Notes: a model not told the origin generated them from the letters alone. A DNA stretch of 64,000 nucleotides from Bacillus subtilis subsp. subtilis str. 168 (GCF_000009045.1 NC_000964.3:3286001-3350000); one strand, 5' to 3'; counted from the first letter of the stretch, positions 42,762 to 54,937 are shown. Translations and numbers: made by a program.

Positions 42762-44357
42762 ATGAATATTCTTGATGTGATGAAAATACCGGCTTTTGAA
42801 AACGCCAATTTAATCGCTGGAAAAGCAGGAGGGGAAAGAGAGGTTCAGCATGTCAATATGATGGACGCTCCGGATATCGTAGACTTTTTGCATAAGAATG
42901 AATTGCTCGTCACCACCGCCTATCACCTGAAGGATCACCCGCATCAATTATCTGAACTGATTCGGCAAATGGCAAAACGCGGCTGCGCGGGCCTCGGCAT
43001 TAAAACAAAGCGCTATCTGGAAGATATCCCGAAGGAAATCATCGAACTGGCCGATTCATATGCGTTTCCGATCATTGAGCTTCCGGAACACATCCGACTC
43101 GGCGATATTGTGAATGCCACACTCAGCCATATTCTCGATATGCGTTCTAACGAGCTGCAGCAAGCCATTTACGCGCACAAAAAATTCACAAACCACATTA
43201 TGAGCGGCAAGGGGCTGCAATCCCTCCTCAAAAAGGTGTCAGACATCCTTCAGCTTCCCGTGCTGCTGCTTGACCAGCATGCCAAAATGCTGTCTGCGTC
43301 TCATCAGATTTCAGTTGAGACCGAAAAGCTGAAAGGCACCCTGAATACCGTATCCGGGCCATTTTTCACTTGTTTCTCTACAATCTCAGATCAGAAAACA
43401 TATTCTGTCCTGCCTATTTATAATCACGAAAAAAACTGCGGCTACCTGCTGATACCCGACATGGTGCAGGCAGGCGACAAAGGATTGATCCTCACGATTG
43501 AACAAGCGGCCAACGTCATTTCCTTTGAACTGCTGAAGGAAAATGCGCTGAAGCAGTTCAGCCGGCGGGCCCGCAATGAGTTTTTCAACAATTTTATTGA
43601 GCGGACCTTTTCTTCAGATGACGAAATCAAAAACCGGGCGAAAGAATTCAAGCTGCGCTGGGATCAAAAATACATGTGCATCGCCGGCAAACTCGATCGC
43701 AATGACGAATCAATCAGCTTTACAGAAAATCAGCTCGCTTCCGACAGCGTATTCGAATTTCTTGAAGGTGAATTATCAGCCTTCCCGTTTCCACCTCACT
43801 TCTTTATGAAAGGAAATGTCGGCATTATTCTAATCGAGGCGACAGACAGCTGGAGTGAAATGCACGCCTCGGTGATCAGCTTTTTAGAACAGTTTCAAAC
43901 ACAGGTCAGCGCTCAATTTAAACGAACCGTGTCCTTTGGCATCAGCAATATCTGCCAAAAGCTCATTGATGTTCCCGACGCTTTCACAGAAGCTTCTGAT
44001 GCTCTGCAATCGGGGCATTTGTCAAGAAGCACCGCATTTATCCAGGTGTATCACGCCAAAGATGTGCCTGAGCTTCTGCGCTTGCTCCCAGTTGAGGATT
44101 TGAAGAAATTTTACAACTCCACGCTTCAGAGCCTCGCTGAAAAACAGCAGGAGGATCAAAGCCTGCTTCATACGCTTTCCGTCTATTTAGAGACACACTG
44201 CCAAATTTCAGAGACGGCAAAGCGTCTGTACGTTCATCGCAATACGGTCATATACCGCCTTGAAAAATGCGAAGAGCTTCTGGGGAAAAGCTTAAAAGAT
44301 CCTGAAACAACGATGCGTTTGCGGCTTGCATTACGTATGCAGCGGCTGATCAGCTAA
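42762..44357 (+). CDS. pucR: Purine catabolism regulator PucR (531 aa)
   Basis: N-terminal PucR domain (ELLVTT) and C-terminal HTH (TAKRLYVHRNTVIYRL). Confidence 0.95.
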   Translation: MNILDVMKIPAFENANLIAGKAGGEREVQHVNMMDAPDIVDFLHKNELLVTTAYHLKDHPHQLSELIRQMAKRGCAGLGIKTKRYLEDIPKEIIELADSYAFPIIELPEHIRLGDIVNATLSHILDMRSNELQQAIYAHKKFTNHIMSGKGLQSLLKKVSDILQLPVLLLDQHAKMLSASHQISVETEKLKGTLNTVSGPFFTCFSTISDQKTYSVLPIYNHEKNCGYLLIPDMVQAGDKGLILTIEQAANVISFELLKENALKQFSRRARNEFFNNFIERTFSSDDEIKNRAKEFKLRWDQKYMCIAGKLDRNDESISFTENQLASDSVFEFLEGELSAFPFPPHFFMKGNVGIILIEATDSWSEMHASVISFLEQFQTQVSAQFKRTVSFGISNICQKLIDVPDAFTEASDALQSGHLSRSTAFIQVYHAKDVPELLRLLPVEDLKKFYNSTLQSLAEKQQEDQSLLHTLSVYLETHCQISETAKRLYVHRNTVIYRLEKCEELLGKSLKDPETTMRLRLALRMQRLIS

Positions 44358-44361
44358 AGTT

Positions 44362-44378
44362 TGTTACATTTTCTTACA
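44362..44378. promoter_or_regulatory. TnrA box upstream of pucJKLM
   Basis: TGTTA-CATTTTC-TTACA, exact TGTNA-N7-TNACA. Confidence 0.82.
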
Positions 44379-44501
44379 AAACGAATCGTTTTTCGTCACT
44401 TTCAGCAATCACACCTGTCTTTTTCAGCTACTGTATCCAATGACACCCCTCGACCGGAACGATATTATGTTACTAAAGTTCACATACAGGGAGGGACTAT
44501 A

Positions 44502-45851
44502 GTGAAAAAAAGATCGTTTAAGGTGTTTACACTTAGCCTGCAGCATGTGCTCGCCATGTATGCAGGTGCGATTTTGGTGCCCCTGCTTGTCGGCAGGGCG
44601 CTGAATGTAACAACTGAACAGCTGTCCTACCTATTGGCGATTGACCTGTTAACATGCGGCGTCGCTACGCTTTTGCAAACCTTGCGCGGAACATACATCG
44701 GCATCGGGCTTCCCGTCATGCTTGGCAGTTCATTTGTGGCCGTCACCCCAATGATTGCAATCGGCAGCAATTACGGCATTCACGCGATTTATGGTTCCAT
44801 CATTGCGGCCGGTGTGTTCATCTTTTTGTTTGCGCGTTTTTTCGGCAAGCTGACTGTGTTATTTCCTCCTGTCGTAACAGGTACCGTTGTGACCTTGATC
44901 GGCCTTTCACTTGTTCCGACAGGTGTGAAAAATATGGCTGGCGGCGAAAAAATAAACGGCAGCGCCAACCCCGAATACGGTTCGCTCGAAAACCTTCTTC
45001 TCTCTGTCGGTGTCCTTGTTCTGATCTTAGTCCTCAACCGCTTTCTCAAAGGATTTGCCCGAACACTGTCCGTTCTGATCGGCATCGCCGCCGGAACAGC
45101 GGCAGCAGCGATCATGGGCAAAGTCAGCTTTTCTTCTGTTACAGAAGCACCGTTCTTCCAAATCCCGAAGCCTTTTTACTTCGGAGCCCCTGCGTTTGAA
45201 ATCGGTCCGATCTTAACGATGCTGATCGTCGGAATCGTCATTATTGTGGAATCAACCGGCGTTTTTTACGCAATCGGAAAGATATGCGGCAGACCTTTAA
45301 CTGACAAAGATCTCGTCAAAGGCTATCGAGCGGAAGGAATCGCCATTCTCATCGGCGGGCTGTTCAATGCCTTTCCTTATAATACCTTTGCGCAAAACGC
45401 CGGCTTATTGCAGCTGACCAAAGTGAAAACAAGAAACATCGTCGTTACCGCAGGCTGTATCCTTGTCTGTCTCGGACTGATTCCGAAGATTGCCGCCCTT
45501 GCATCTGCCGTTCCTGCTGCTGTACTTGGCGGCGCGACCGTCGTCATGTTCGGCATGGTGATTGCCTCCGGCGTCAAAATGCTCAGCACAGCGGATCTCA
45601 AAAATCAATACCACCTCCTGACCATCGCATGCTCAATCGCACTCGGCATCGGCGCCAGCACGGCCCCCGGGATTTTTGCTGAATTCCCCGCTCCGATCCG
45701 GATTCTGGTCAGTGACGGCACCATCACCGGAAGCCTAACCGCCATCTTTTTGAATCTATTTTTCAGCTTGCGCGACAAAAAAGAATTAACAGCACAGCAA
45801 ACAGAACTTCCGGTATTAGAACATACACTCGCATTAGAAAAAGAGGTGTAA
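44502..45851 (+). CDS. pucJ: NAT/NCS2 uric-acid permease (449 aa, GTG start)
   Basis: QHVLAMY and QNAGLLQLTK NAT motif. Confidence 0.93.
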   Translation: MKKRSFKVFTLSLQHVLAMYAGAILVPLLVGRALNVTTEQLSYLLAIDLLTCGVATLLQTLRGTYIGIGLPVMLGSSFVAVTPMIAIGSNYGIHAIYGSIIAAGVFIFLFARFFGKLTVLFPPVVTGTVVTLIGLSLVPTGVKNMAGGEKINGSANPEYGSLENLLLSVGVLVLILVLNRFLKGFARTLSVLIGIAAGTAAAAIMGKVSFSSVTEAPFFQIPKPFYFGAPAFEIGPILTMLIVGIVIIVESTGVFYAIGKICGRPLTDKDLVKGYRAEGIAILIGGLFNAFPYNTFAQNAGLLQLTKVKTRNIVVTAGCILVCLGLIPKIAALASAVPAAVLGGATVVMFGMVIASGVKMLSTADLKNQYHLLTIACSIALGIGASTAPGIFAEFPAPIRILVSDGTITGSLTAIFLNLFFSLRDKKELTAQQTELPVLEHTLALEKEV

Positions 45852-45856
45852 AAAAG

Positions 45857-47149
45857 ATGAAGGAACAGCACAATGCCTTACAGCTAATGATGCTGGGGCT
45901 TCAGCACATGCTTGCCATGTATGCGGGAGCCATTCTCGTTCCGTTGATCGTCGGAGCAGCGATCGGGCTGAATGCGGGGCAGCTGACGTATTTAATCGCG
46001 ATTGATTTGTTTATGTGCGGGGCGGCAACTCTTTTGCAGCTCTGGAGAAACCGATATTTCGGCATCGGCCTTCCCGTTGTGCTCGGATGCACGTTTACCG
46101 CAGTCGGCCCGATGATTTCCATCGGAAGCACTTACGGTGTCCCAGCGATATATGGTGCCATTATCGCCGCAGGACTGATTGTCGTCTTAGCCGCGGGCTT
46201 CTTCGGGAAGCTTGTCCGTTTTTTTCCGCCTGTCGTAACCGGATCAGTCGTCATGATCATCGGCATCAGCCTGATTCCAACGGCAATGAATAACCTGGCC
46301 GGAGGTGAAGGAAGCAAAGAATTCGGCTCACTCGACAACGTGCTCCTCGGGTTTGGCGTCACAGCTTTTATCTTATTGCTGTTTTATTTCTTTAAAGGCT
46401 TTATCCGCTCCATAGCGATTTTACTCGGTCTTATCGCAGGAACAGCGGCTGCATATTTCATGGGAAAGGTCGATTTTTCTGAGGTTTTGGAGGCGTCTTG
46501 GCTTCATGTTCCGTCTCTGTTTTATTTCGGACCGCCAACCTTTGAGCTGCCGGCTGTTGTCACGATGCTTCTCGTTGCAATTGTCAGCCTCGTTGAATCG
46601 ACAGGCGTTTATTTTGCCCTCGCTGATATCACAAACCGCAGGCTGTCGGAGAAGGATCTGGAAAAAGGCTACCGGGCAGAAGGCCTTGCGATTTTGCTGG
46701 GCGGCTTATTTAACGCGTTTCCCTATACAGCTTTCTCGCAGAATGTCGGCATCGTTCAGCTCTCAAAGATGAAAAGTGTCAACGTCATCGCCATCACAGG
46801 AATCATACTGGTCGCGATCGGGCTGGTTCCAAAAGCAGCGGCCCTGACAACAGTGATCCCCACCCCAGTTCTCGGCGGCGCAATGATCGTCATGTTCGGC
46901 ATGGTCATTTCTTACGGGATCAAAATGCTATCCAGCGTTGACCTTGATTCGCAAGGCAACCTGCTGATTATCGCCTCTTCCGTCAGCTTGGGGCTTGGCG
47001 CTACAACAGTTCCCGCGTTGTTTTCATCTCTTTCGGGCGCGGCCTCTGTCTTGGCAGGAAGCGGAATTGTGATCGGCAGTTTGACGGCCATTGCACTGCA
47101 CGCTTTTTTTCAAACCAAACAGCCGAATAGCGCAGACATAAAAACGTAA
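45857..47149 (+). CDS. pucK: NAT/NCS2 uric-acid permease
   Basis: QHMLAMY and QNVGIVQLSK NAT motif. Confidence 0.93.
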   Translation: MKEQHNALQLMMLGLQHMLAMYAGAILVPLIVGAAIGLNAGQLTYLIAIDLFMCGAATLLQLWRNRYFGIGLPVVLGCTFTAVGPMISIGSTYGVPAIYGAIIAAGLIVVLAAGFFGKLVRFFPPVVTGSVVMIIGISLIPTAMNNLAGGEGSKEFGSLDNVLLGFGVTAFILLLFYFFKGFIRSIAILLGLIAGTAAAYFMGKVDFSEVLEASWLHVPSLFYFGPPTFELPAVVTMLLVAIVSLVESTGVYFALADITNRRLSEKDLEKGYRAEGLAILLGGLFNAFPYTAFSQNVGIVQLSKMKSVNVIAITGIILVAIGLVPKAAALTTVIPTPVLGGAMIVMFGMVISYGIKMLSSVDLDSQGNLLIIASSVSLGLGATTVPALFSSLSGAASVLAGSGIVIGSLTAIALHAFFQTKQPNSADIKT

Positions 47150-47161
47150 AGGAAGATGCCA

Positions 47162-48990
<1,829 letters not shown>

Positions 48991-48994
48991 GAAG

Positions 48995-49024
48995 GAAGCC
49001 CGCCTCACCGGCGGGCTTCTTTTT
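48995..49024 (+). terminator. Terminator of pucJKLM
   Basis: GAAGCCCGCC/GGCGGGCTTC stem plus TTTTT. Confidence 0.85.
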
Positions 49025-49413
49025 GCACTTCAATTAACTTTTGATCCTAGGACAGTACTTGAAGTGATCCCCACACTTAGTGAAACAACAGCTAGAATAA
49101 ACATTCACCTATATTTTTCAGGATAATTGCCTACGAGAAAAATACCCTGTAGTCCTTTCATTTATAAATCGAGGTTTCAAACTAATAAGTCAGCTCTTAG
49201 CAGCCGAGCTCCCTTCTCCAATCCTATAAACAGACCGCGTTTTTTCTCGAAAAAATACTCTGAAGACAATTGCTGCGTTTTTAATAGTTTTGATAACGCG
49301 TTCTCTCTTACACCTTTAGACAAAATATTCATTTTTTCTTTTTTAGACTTAAATCTATGTCGAAAATAATCGTTGGCATATCTTATCCTATCTCCACTAA
49401 AGGAGGTGACATT

Positions 49414-49545
49414 ATGGGATTCTACAATTCTGGTGGATACAGTGGAAACTCTGGTTACTCAAACGGTTTCGGGAGCTCCTTCGCTTTGATCGTGGTGCTA
49501 TTCATTTTGTTGATCATTGTTGGAGCAGCTATCTTTAATTATTAA
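49414..49545 (+). CDS. yuzJ: YjcZ-family small sporulation protein (43 aa)
   Basis: AAAGGAGGTG RBS; Gly/Tyr-rich N-terminus, then FALIVVLFILLIIVG. Confidence 0.85.
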   Translation: MGFYNSGGYSGNSGYSNGFGSSFALIVVLFILLIIVGAAIFNY

Positions 49546-49592
49546 GTTTAACTTTCCTTGCCTCCGCCGTATCCAACACCTCCCTGTCCGAC

Positions 49593-49623
49593 AGACGCCA
49601 TAAGAAGTTTTTATGGCGTCTTT
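49593..49623 (+). terminator. Terminator after yuzJ
   Basis: AGACGCCATAA/TTATGGCGTCT stem. Confidence 0.65.
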
Positions 49624-49735
49624 GCTATGTGTTCACTAATCTTTTTGTAATCCAGAAGCTGTCAAGTTCTACGAGATTTATCGTGTGTTTTCCCACAACG
49701 CTTCTGCGTCTTGATCGCGCTGTCTGACTGAGGCT

Positions 49736-49764
49736 AAAAAAGTCCGGCTTTTAAAAGCCGGACT
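49736..49764 (-). terminator. Terminator of pucABCDE, overlapping the pucE stop codon
   Basis: Perfect 24-bp palindrome AGTCCGGCTTTTAAAAGCCGGACT followed by a T-run on the minus strand. Confidence 0.75.
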
Positions 49765-50272
49765 CCCGTCTACCCCCGTTCAACTCTCTTCTAATCCTGC
49801 AAGCTGACCGCATAATCCCGCCATACCCGGTACACCGGCACAAATTCCCCGCCAGCCCTTCTTCTATATCTTTGTCAGAAGGTTGAGGGGTTTCCCGAAA
49901 CAATGCTTTAAGCGCAATGATCATTCCCGGCGTACAGTAGCCGCATTGGAAGCCGCCTTCTTCCAGGAAAGCGGTTTGACACATATCCAGCTCTTCTTTT
50001 TGAAGCCCCTCGATGGTTGTGATGGAATGGCCGTCTGCTTGATAGGCCATCGTCATGCACGCATTGGCCAGTTTTCCGTCGATTAAAATAGAGCAGGCTC
50101 CGCAGCGGCCGATTCCGCAGGACACCTTTGTCCCGGTCAGCTGAAATTCCTTTCTAAGCAGGTCACTCAGATGTGTCGTAGGAACGGCAGCAACCTCCCA
50201 CGCCTGACCATTCACGGTCATCCGGAACTGTTCCTTTTTTACAGGAAATGGCCCGGCCTCTTTTATGTCCAT
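49751..50272 (-). CDS. pucE: Xanthine dehydrogenase 2x[2Fe-2S] subunit
   Basis: CGIGRCGAC...C and QCGYCTPG...NLCRCTGY. Confidence 0.95.
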   Translation of the reverse strand: MDIKEAGPFPVKKEQFRMTVNGQAWEVAAVPTTHLSDLLRKEFQLTGTKVSCGIGRCGACSILIDGKLANACMTMAYQADGHSITTIEGLQKEELDMCQTAFLEEGGFQCGYCTPGMIIALKALFRETPQPSDKDIEEGLAGNLCRCTGYGGIMRSACRIRRELNGGRRESGF

Positions 50273-52500
50273 TGCTTCAGCCCCTTTCTGTCGATCGCTT
50301 CAAGCAACTCTTCTCTTGAAATTGGCAGCTTGTTTATCCAGCATCCGACCGCATCATGTACTGCCTTTACAATCGCCGGAGTGATGGCGATTGTTCCGAT
50401 TTCACCAACACCGCGCGGTCCATATACGTCTCCCTTCATTAAGTCTTCTATTGCAATCAGCTTCATGTCAGGAACATCTTTGATTCCGGGAATCAAATAG
50501 TGATCGAGATTTTCCGCAGCATAACGGCCATCCGTCATTTTCGCTTCCTCCATCAGTGTGTAGCCGAGTGCCATGGCAGCGCCGCCTTCAATTTGACCTC
50601 GATATCCCTGCGGACTGACAACCGGACCTGCCGCAATAGCGTGCTCACAATCTATCAATTTGACATCGCCTGTTAACAGATCTACCTCCACCTCAACGGC
50701 AGCCGCTCCAAATGAGTAGAGGAAATGGCCGCCCACCACAGGATCAGGCGTTGTTGGAAAGTCAAAGGCCGTTTCCTCTGCCAAAGGGCCTTTTTCAGCC
50801 AGCTCCTTATACGTCACCACGAGCGCCTTTGTGTTTTTGTCACGCAAGCCTGCAGCGCCGGGAATAAGATTTTCCGCTGAACAGCCGCTCCATTCTGCCG
50901 CCCGTTTTTTCAACTGAGCTAGAAACGGCTTCTTCAAACGCTGGATCGCGTGCCACACCATGCTTGTGCCGCGGGATGCTGTGGAGGAGCCTGACTTCGG
51001 CACTTTTGCGGTATCCCCAATAACAATGGAAATATCCTCTGCGGCACAACCCAGCTCCTCCATGACAATCTGTTCAATCGCTGCTAGAATCCCCTGTCCG
51101 CATTCTTCAAATCCAAACGAAGCAGTGATTTTGCCTTCACTCGAAAGAGACAAACGGCCTCCTGCCGCATCCATTCGGCCAAACCCCAGCCCGCCGCCGT
51201 GCATTGTAATTGCCGCTCCCGTGCCTCTTTGCAGATACCCGCAGTTCCGGCTTGTTTTTTTAAGAATGGGAGATTTAGATATGGCATTCAACACCTGTGC
51301 CGCTCCGTCAGTTGGTGCAATTCGATGCTCAAGCGGCCCCAAGTCATGCGGTTTTCTGATATTTTTTCTTCTCAGCTCGAGCGGGTCGATGCCAAGCATG
51401 CCGCTGAGACGATCGAGATGGGTTTCGAGTGCAAATGTGATTTGGTTGCCGCCAAAGCCCCGAAATTCCCCCGCCACCCCGTTGTTCGTAAATACTGATA
51501 TTCCTTCAGTCCGGATATTCGGAATACGGTACGGCCCCGCGGCATGCTCGACAGAAAAATCAAGAACAGCCGGTCCGAGCGTAGCGTAAGCGCCTGTGTC
51601 CGCCACAATTTTCACGTCGTGCGCCAATAGATTTCCCGAATGATCTGCACCCGTTTTTATCGTAATCTTCATCGGATGGCGCTTAATGCCAGAACGTACA
51701 GATTCCTTTCGTGTCTGATGAATTTTGACAGGGCGTCCGCTTTTCAGGGCCAAAAGCGCAGCATACGGCTGAATATTCAGCTCATCCTTCCCTCCGAACG
51801 AGCCGCCCATCGGACTTGACACAATTCTGATCTTCTCTTCAGGAATATCAAAAATACGGGCAAGCTGGAAACGGTCTTTATAGCCGTGCTGGGTTCCTGC
51901 ATACATCGTAAAACCCCCGTCGTCTTCCGGAACGGCTACACCTCCCTCCGTTTCCATATACGTATGCATCTGCCGCGGCAGCTCATAGGTTTCTTCAAAG
52001 ACTGTGTCAGATGCTTGAAACCCTTCTTCCACATCACCGTTTGAAAAAAATGCGCGGTGCAGGATATTCCCGTCCTCATGCAGTCTTTGCGCATTCGGCC
52101 GAAGCGCTTTTTCTGGTGAATCCATGACTTCCAGCTCTTTATACTCAACTTGAATCAGCTCCAGCGCCGCTTCCGCGATTTCTTCCGTTTCCGCAGCAAC
52201 TGCGGCGATCGCATCCCCGACATACCGCACCCTGTCCTCACATAAAACCGGCTGATCAGGGATGACAATGCCAAATCGGTTTAAGCCGGGAACGTCTTTA
52301 TGTGTGACGACGGCCTGCACGCCTTCCATTTTCTCAGCTTTTATGGTGCAAACCGACACAATCTCTGCATGAGGATAAGCACTTCTCAGCACCTTGCCAT
52401 ACAGCATTCCTGGAAAGCTGAGATCGGTCATATATTTCAATTCCCCTGTGACCTTACCCCTTCCATCCGGCCTGACTCTTGACGGTTTGTTGATGATCAT
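50263..52500 (-). CDS. pucD: Xanthine dehydrogenase-family molybdopterin subunit
   Basis: GGSFGGK, FRGFG, GQG, ASRG, GQIEGG, GVGE. Confidence 0.93.
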   Translation of the reverse strand: MIINKPSRVRPDGRGKVTGELKYMTDLSFPGMLYGKVLRSAYPHAEIVSVCTIKAEKMEGVQAVVTHKDVPGLNRFGIVIPDQPVLCEDRVRYVGDAIAAVAAETEEIAEAALELIQVEYKELEVMDSPEKALRPNAQRLHEDGNILHRAFFSNGDVEEGFQASDTVFEETYELPRQMHTYMETEGGVAVPEDDGGFTMYAGTQHGYKDRFQLARIFDIPEEKIRIVSSPMGGSFGGKDELNIQPYAALLALKSGRPVKIHQTRKESVRSGIKRHPMKITIKTGADHSGNLLAHDVKIVADTGAYATLGPAVLDFSVEHAAGPYRIPNIRTEGISVFTNNGVAGEFRGFGGNQITFALETHLDRLSGMLGIDPLELRRKNIRKPHDLGPLEHRIAPTDGAAQVLNAISKSPILKKTSRNCGYLQRGTGAAITMHGGGLGFGRMDAAGGRLSLSSEGKITASFGFEECGQGILAAIEQIVMEELGCAAEDISIVIGDTAKVPKSGSSTASRGTSMVWHAIQRLKKPFLAQLKKRAAEWSGCSAENLIPGAAGLRDKNTKALVVTYKELAEKGPLAEETAFDFPTTPDPVVGGHFLYSFGAAAVEVEVDLLTGDVKLIDCEHAIAAGPVVSPQGYRGQIEGGAAMALGYTLMEEAKMTDGRYAAENLDHYLIPGIKDVPDMKLIAIEDLMKGDVYGPRGVGEIGTIAITPAIVKAVHDAVGCWINKLPISREELLEAIDRKGLKQWT

Positions 52501-53334
52501 TTATTCCCCTCCCTCAGCCATCAGCTCTGCCATGATGACGTTGGCAGCGGCTTTTTTTCTGTATGCCGCTGACATAAAAACATCTGAGGAAAACGGCAGC
52601 TCATGGATAAGTGTTTTGTACAGCTCATGCGGGTCCCACCCTGGTGCCATCCATTTCGCTTCGCTGTCCAATAATCTCCTAGGAGTGATATCGGCATGGC
52701 CAGCGGCGAGGCGAATGCTGCCGTCTTTCAAAAAACGTCCAGCTGCAACAGCAGCCGCTCCGGTAAAAGCCTGGCGCCTTCCAAGCTTGTGATAAAATAC
52801 ACGCTCTCCCTCCGCCCGCGGGATGATGACACGCGTGACGATAGCCGTTCTAAAGTCTTCCTCACTGAGCCAAGCGCCAAGCGGCAGCCTGATTAGCTCC
52901 TTTTGATATACGATAAGCTCAGCACCAAGCACAAGCAGAAGCGGAATGAAATCACCGATTTTACTCGCTATGTTGCCGCCAATCGTGGCACGGCTGCGAA
53001 TCCCCGGTGCAGCGACAGCGGAAGCAGCGTCACTGAAACAGCTAAGCGCTCTCTTAATCAAAGGGTTCTTTCTGCATTCATTCAGTGATGTGAGCCCCCC
53101 GATCGACACGTGGGTGTCACTGGTGCTGATCCCTCGCATTTCGTCAATCCCTTCAAGGCTGACAAGGTGCTGTTTCGGTAGAGTTCCTTTGTCCCACTGA
53201 AGCTGAAGGAGCGTGCTTCCCGATGCGGCACACACATCCGGAGCAAGCTTCTCTAAAAGCGAATAGGCCTCATCAAGCGCTGCCGGTCTCCATAATTGAA
53301 TATTCATCCTTGCTTTTGTCACTTGGCCGTTCAA
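52501..53334 (-). CDS. pucC: Xanthine dehydrogenase FAD subunit
   Basis: ASGST and [10 protein letters not shown] motifs. Confidence 0.9.
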
Positions 53335-53948
53335 GACATCGCCCTCCTTACCATGTCATATTCCTCGGGTGTATCAATATCGTCCAACTCACCGCTATCC
53401 TTTGCCTCCAAAACCGCTCCTGCTCCAAGCTGTCCGCTTTTCAGGAGCCTGCGAGCCCCTTCATCTCCCTTTAATCCCTTTACATAAGGAAAACATGTCG
53501 ACGAGAAGTAGATTGGCGGGGTGAACGCCCCTAAAAACGATGACACGGCAAATGACTCAGGAGCCAGAGCCACAAGGGCATTGAGATGATCGACGGAAAG
53601 CTGAGGCTGGTCGGCTAACAAAATGACAATGCCGTCCGCCCCCATGCTTTCTGCTTTTCTCACCCCGCTGCTGACTGAATGCCCCTGACCCTTTTCTGCG
53701 TCTTGGCAAACGTGCAGGCTCCAGCGTTTTTGAAAAGGCGGAGCGTGATACGGCGCTCCTATCCACTCAAGGGAGGCATGTTCTGTCCGCTCGACGACCA
53801 GCACGTGATCAAGGCGGGACGACAGAGCAGTTTTCAAGGAAAGTGAGCCTATGTTTTCTCCTTTTAGCGGCAAAGCCAGCTTGTTTTGTCCCATTCTTCT
53901 GCTTTTGCCGGCAGCGAGAAACACGCCGATCAGATAGGGGCTTCTCAT
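53331..53948 (-). CDS. pucB: Molybdenum cofactor cytidylyltransferase (MocA-like)
   Basis: [32 protein letters not shown]. Confidence 0.9.
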
Positions 53949-54937
53949 ACAACCGCCACCCGTTTTCTTGTTTGAATGATTTCTGCAACTACACTTACCG
54001 CAATTTCCTCGGGACCTTCCGCACCGATTTTCAGCCCGACCGGACTGTAAAAGTGAGACGGAGGATGTTTTCCGCTCAGCAGCCGTTTCGTGCGGTTTGC
54101 CGAACCCAACAGTCCAATATAATGGAGGTTTTGAGAAAATAAGAAGTTGATGATCGTTTGATCGTGCTGATAATGATGGGTTGCCACAACAGCTGCATCA
54201 TGCGGAAAAAATTGAAATTCGCTAAGCATTTGTTCCGGAAAAGCGGTGATCAGCTGATCCGCTTTTGGAAAAAGAGAGGATGTACAATAAGCGGGCCGCC
54301 AATCCGTCACGATAACAGAAAACCCTGTGTCAGCCGCCAAATTGGCCAGCGGTACATTATCCGGTCCCGCCCCAAACAGAATGAGACGCGGCTTCGGTTC
54401 AATTCGCTGAATAAACATGTTAGTGGTTTGATCGAAATGCGGTAAATGAAGCGTTGAAACAGTACGTTGAATATCTTGCAGAGGCGCGTCCGGCCAGTTC
54501 CCAAAATGTCCGTTCTCCGTCAGAAATAAATAATGGGAGGATTCAATCTTTATAACGGAAGTGACAGCTTTGCCTGAATGAAGGCAGTCCCTCACTTTCT
54601 CATAGTGCCGCCTTTTTTCCTGAGTGATTCGCTCTGCATGAACATGAATAATGCCATTGCACCCGGCTCCCATGCCCCAAGAAAGATCGTCCTCCGACCG
54701 CATGTCGTAGGGAATCAGCGTTGATGTGAGCTGATCGCCCAGCGCACTGATTCTTTGGAATACATCTTCTTCCACACACCCGCCGCTCAGCAAGCCAATC
54801 CGTCTGCCTTTTTTCTTAAAGAGCATAGAGGCGCCTGCTTTTCGATACGCGGAGCCTTCAACTTGAACAATTGTCGCCAGTACAGCCTCCTCCTGGTCTT
54901 CCAGGAGCGCATCTAACATCGTGTGAAAATTCCCCAA
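53945..54937 (-). CDS. pucA: XdhC/CoxI-family Moco insertion chaperone (TTG start)
   Basis: GSAYRKAGA, SGGCVE, GCNG, YIGLLGS, PVGLKIGAEGPEEIAVS. Confidence 0.9.
   Translation of the reverse strand: MGNFHTMLDALLEDQEEAVLATIVQVEGSAYRKAGASMLFKKKGRRIGLLSGGCVEEDVFQRISALGDQLTSTLIPYDMRSEDDLSWGMGAGCNGIIHVHAERITQEKRRHYEKVRDCLHSGKAVTSVIKIESSHYLFLTENGHFGNWPDAPLQDIQRTVSTLHLPHFDQTTNMFIQRIEPKPRLILFGAGPDNVPLANLAADTGFSVIVTDWRPAYCTSSLFPKADQLITAFPEQMLSEFQFFPHDAAVVATHHYQHDQTIINFLFSQNLHYIGLLGSANRTKRLLSGKHPPSHFYSPVGLKIGAEGPEEIAVSVVAEIIQTRKRVAVV

Noticed and set aside
44654-45199. 181-aa Arg/Cys-rich plus-strand ORF
   Set aside because: Alternative frame within pucJ; the composition reflects frame-shifted hydrophobic codons.
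49127-49369. 80-aa plus-strand ORF in the AT-rich patch
   Set aside because: TTG start without RBS and no recognisable features; kept only as part of the possible relic.
50960-51589. 209-aa plus-strand ORF
   Set aside because: Antisense shadow of pucD.
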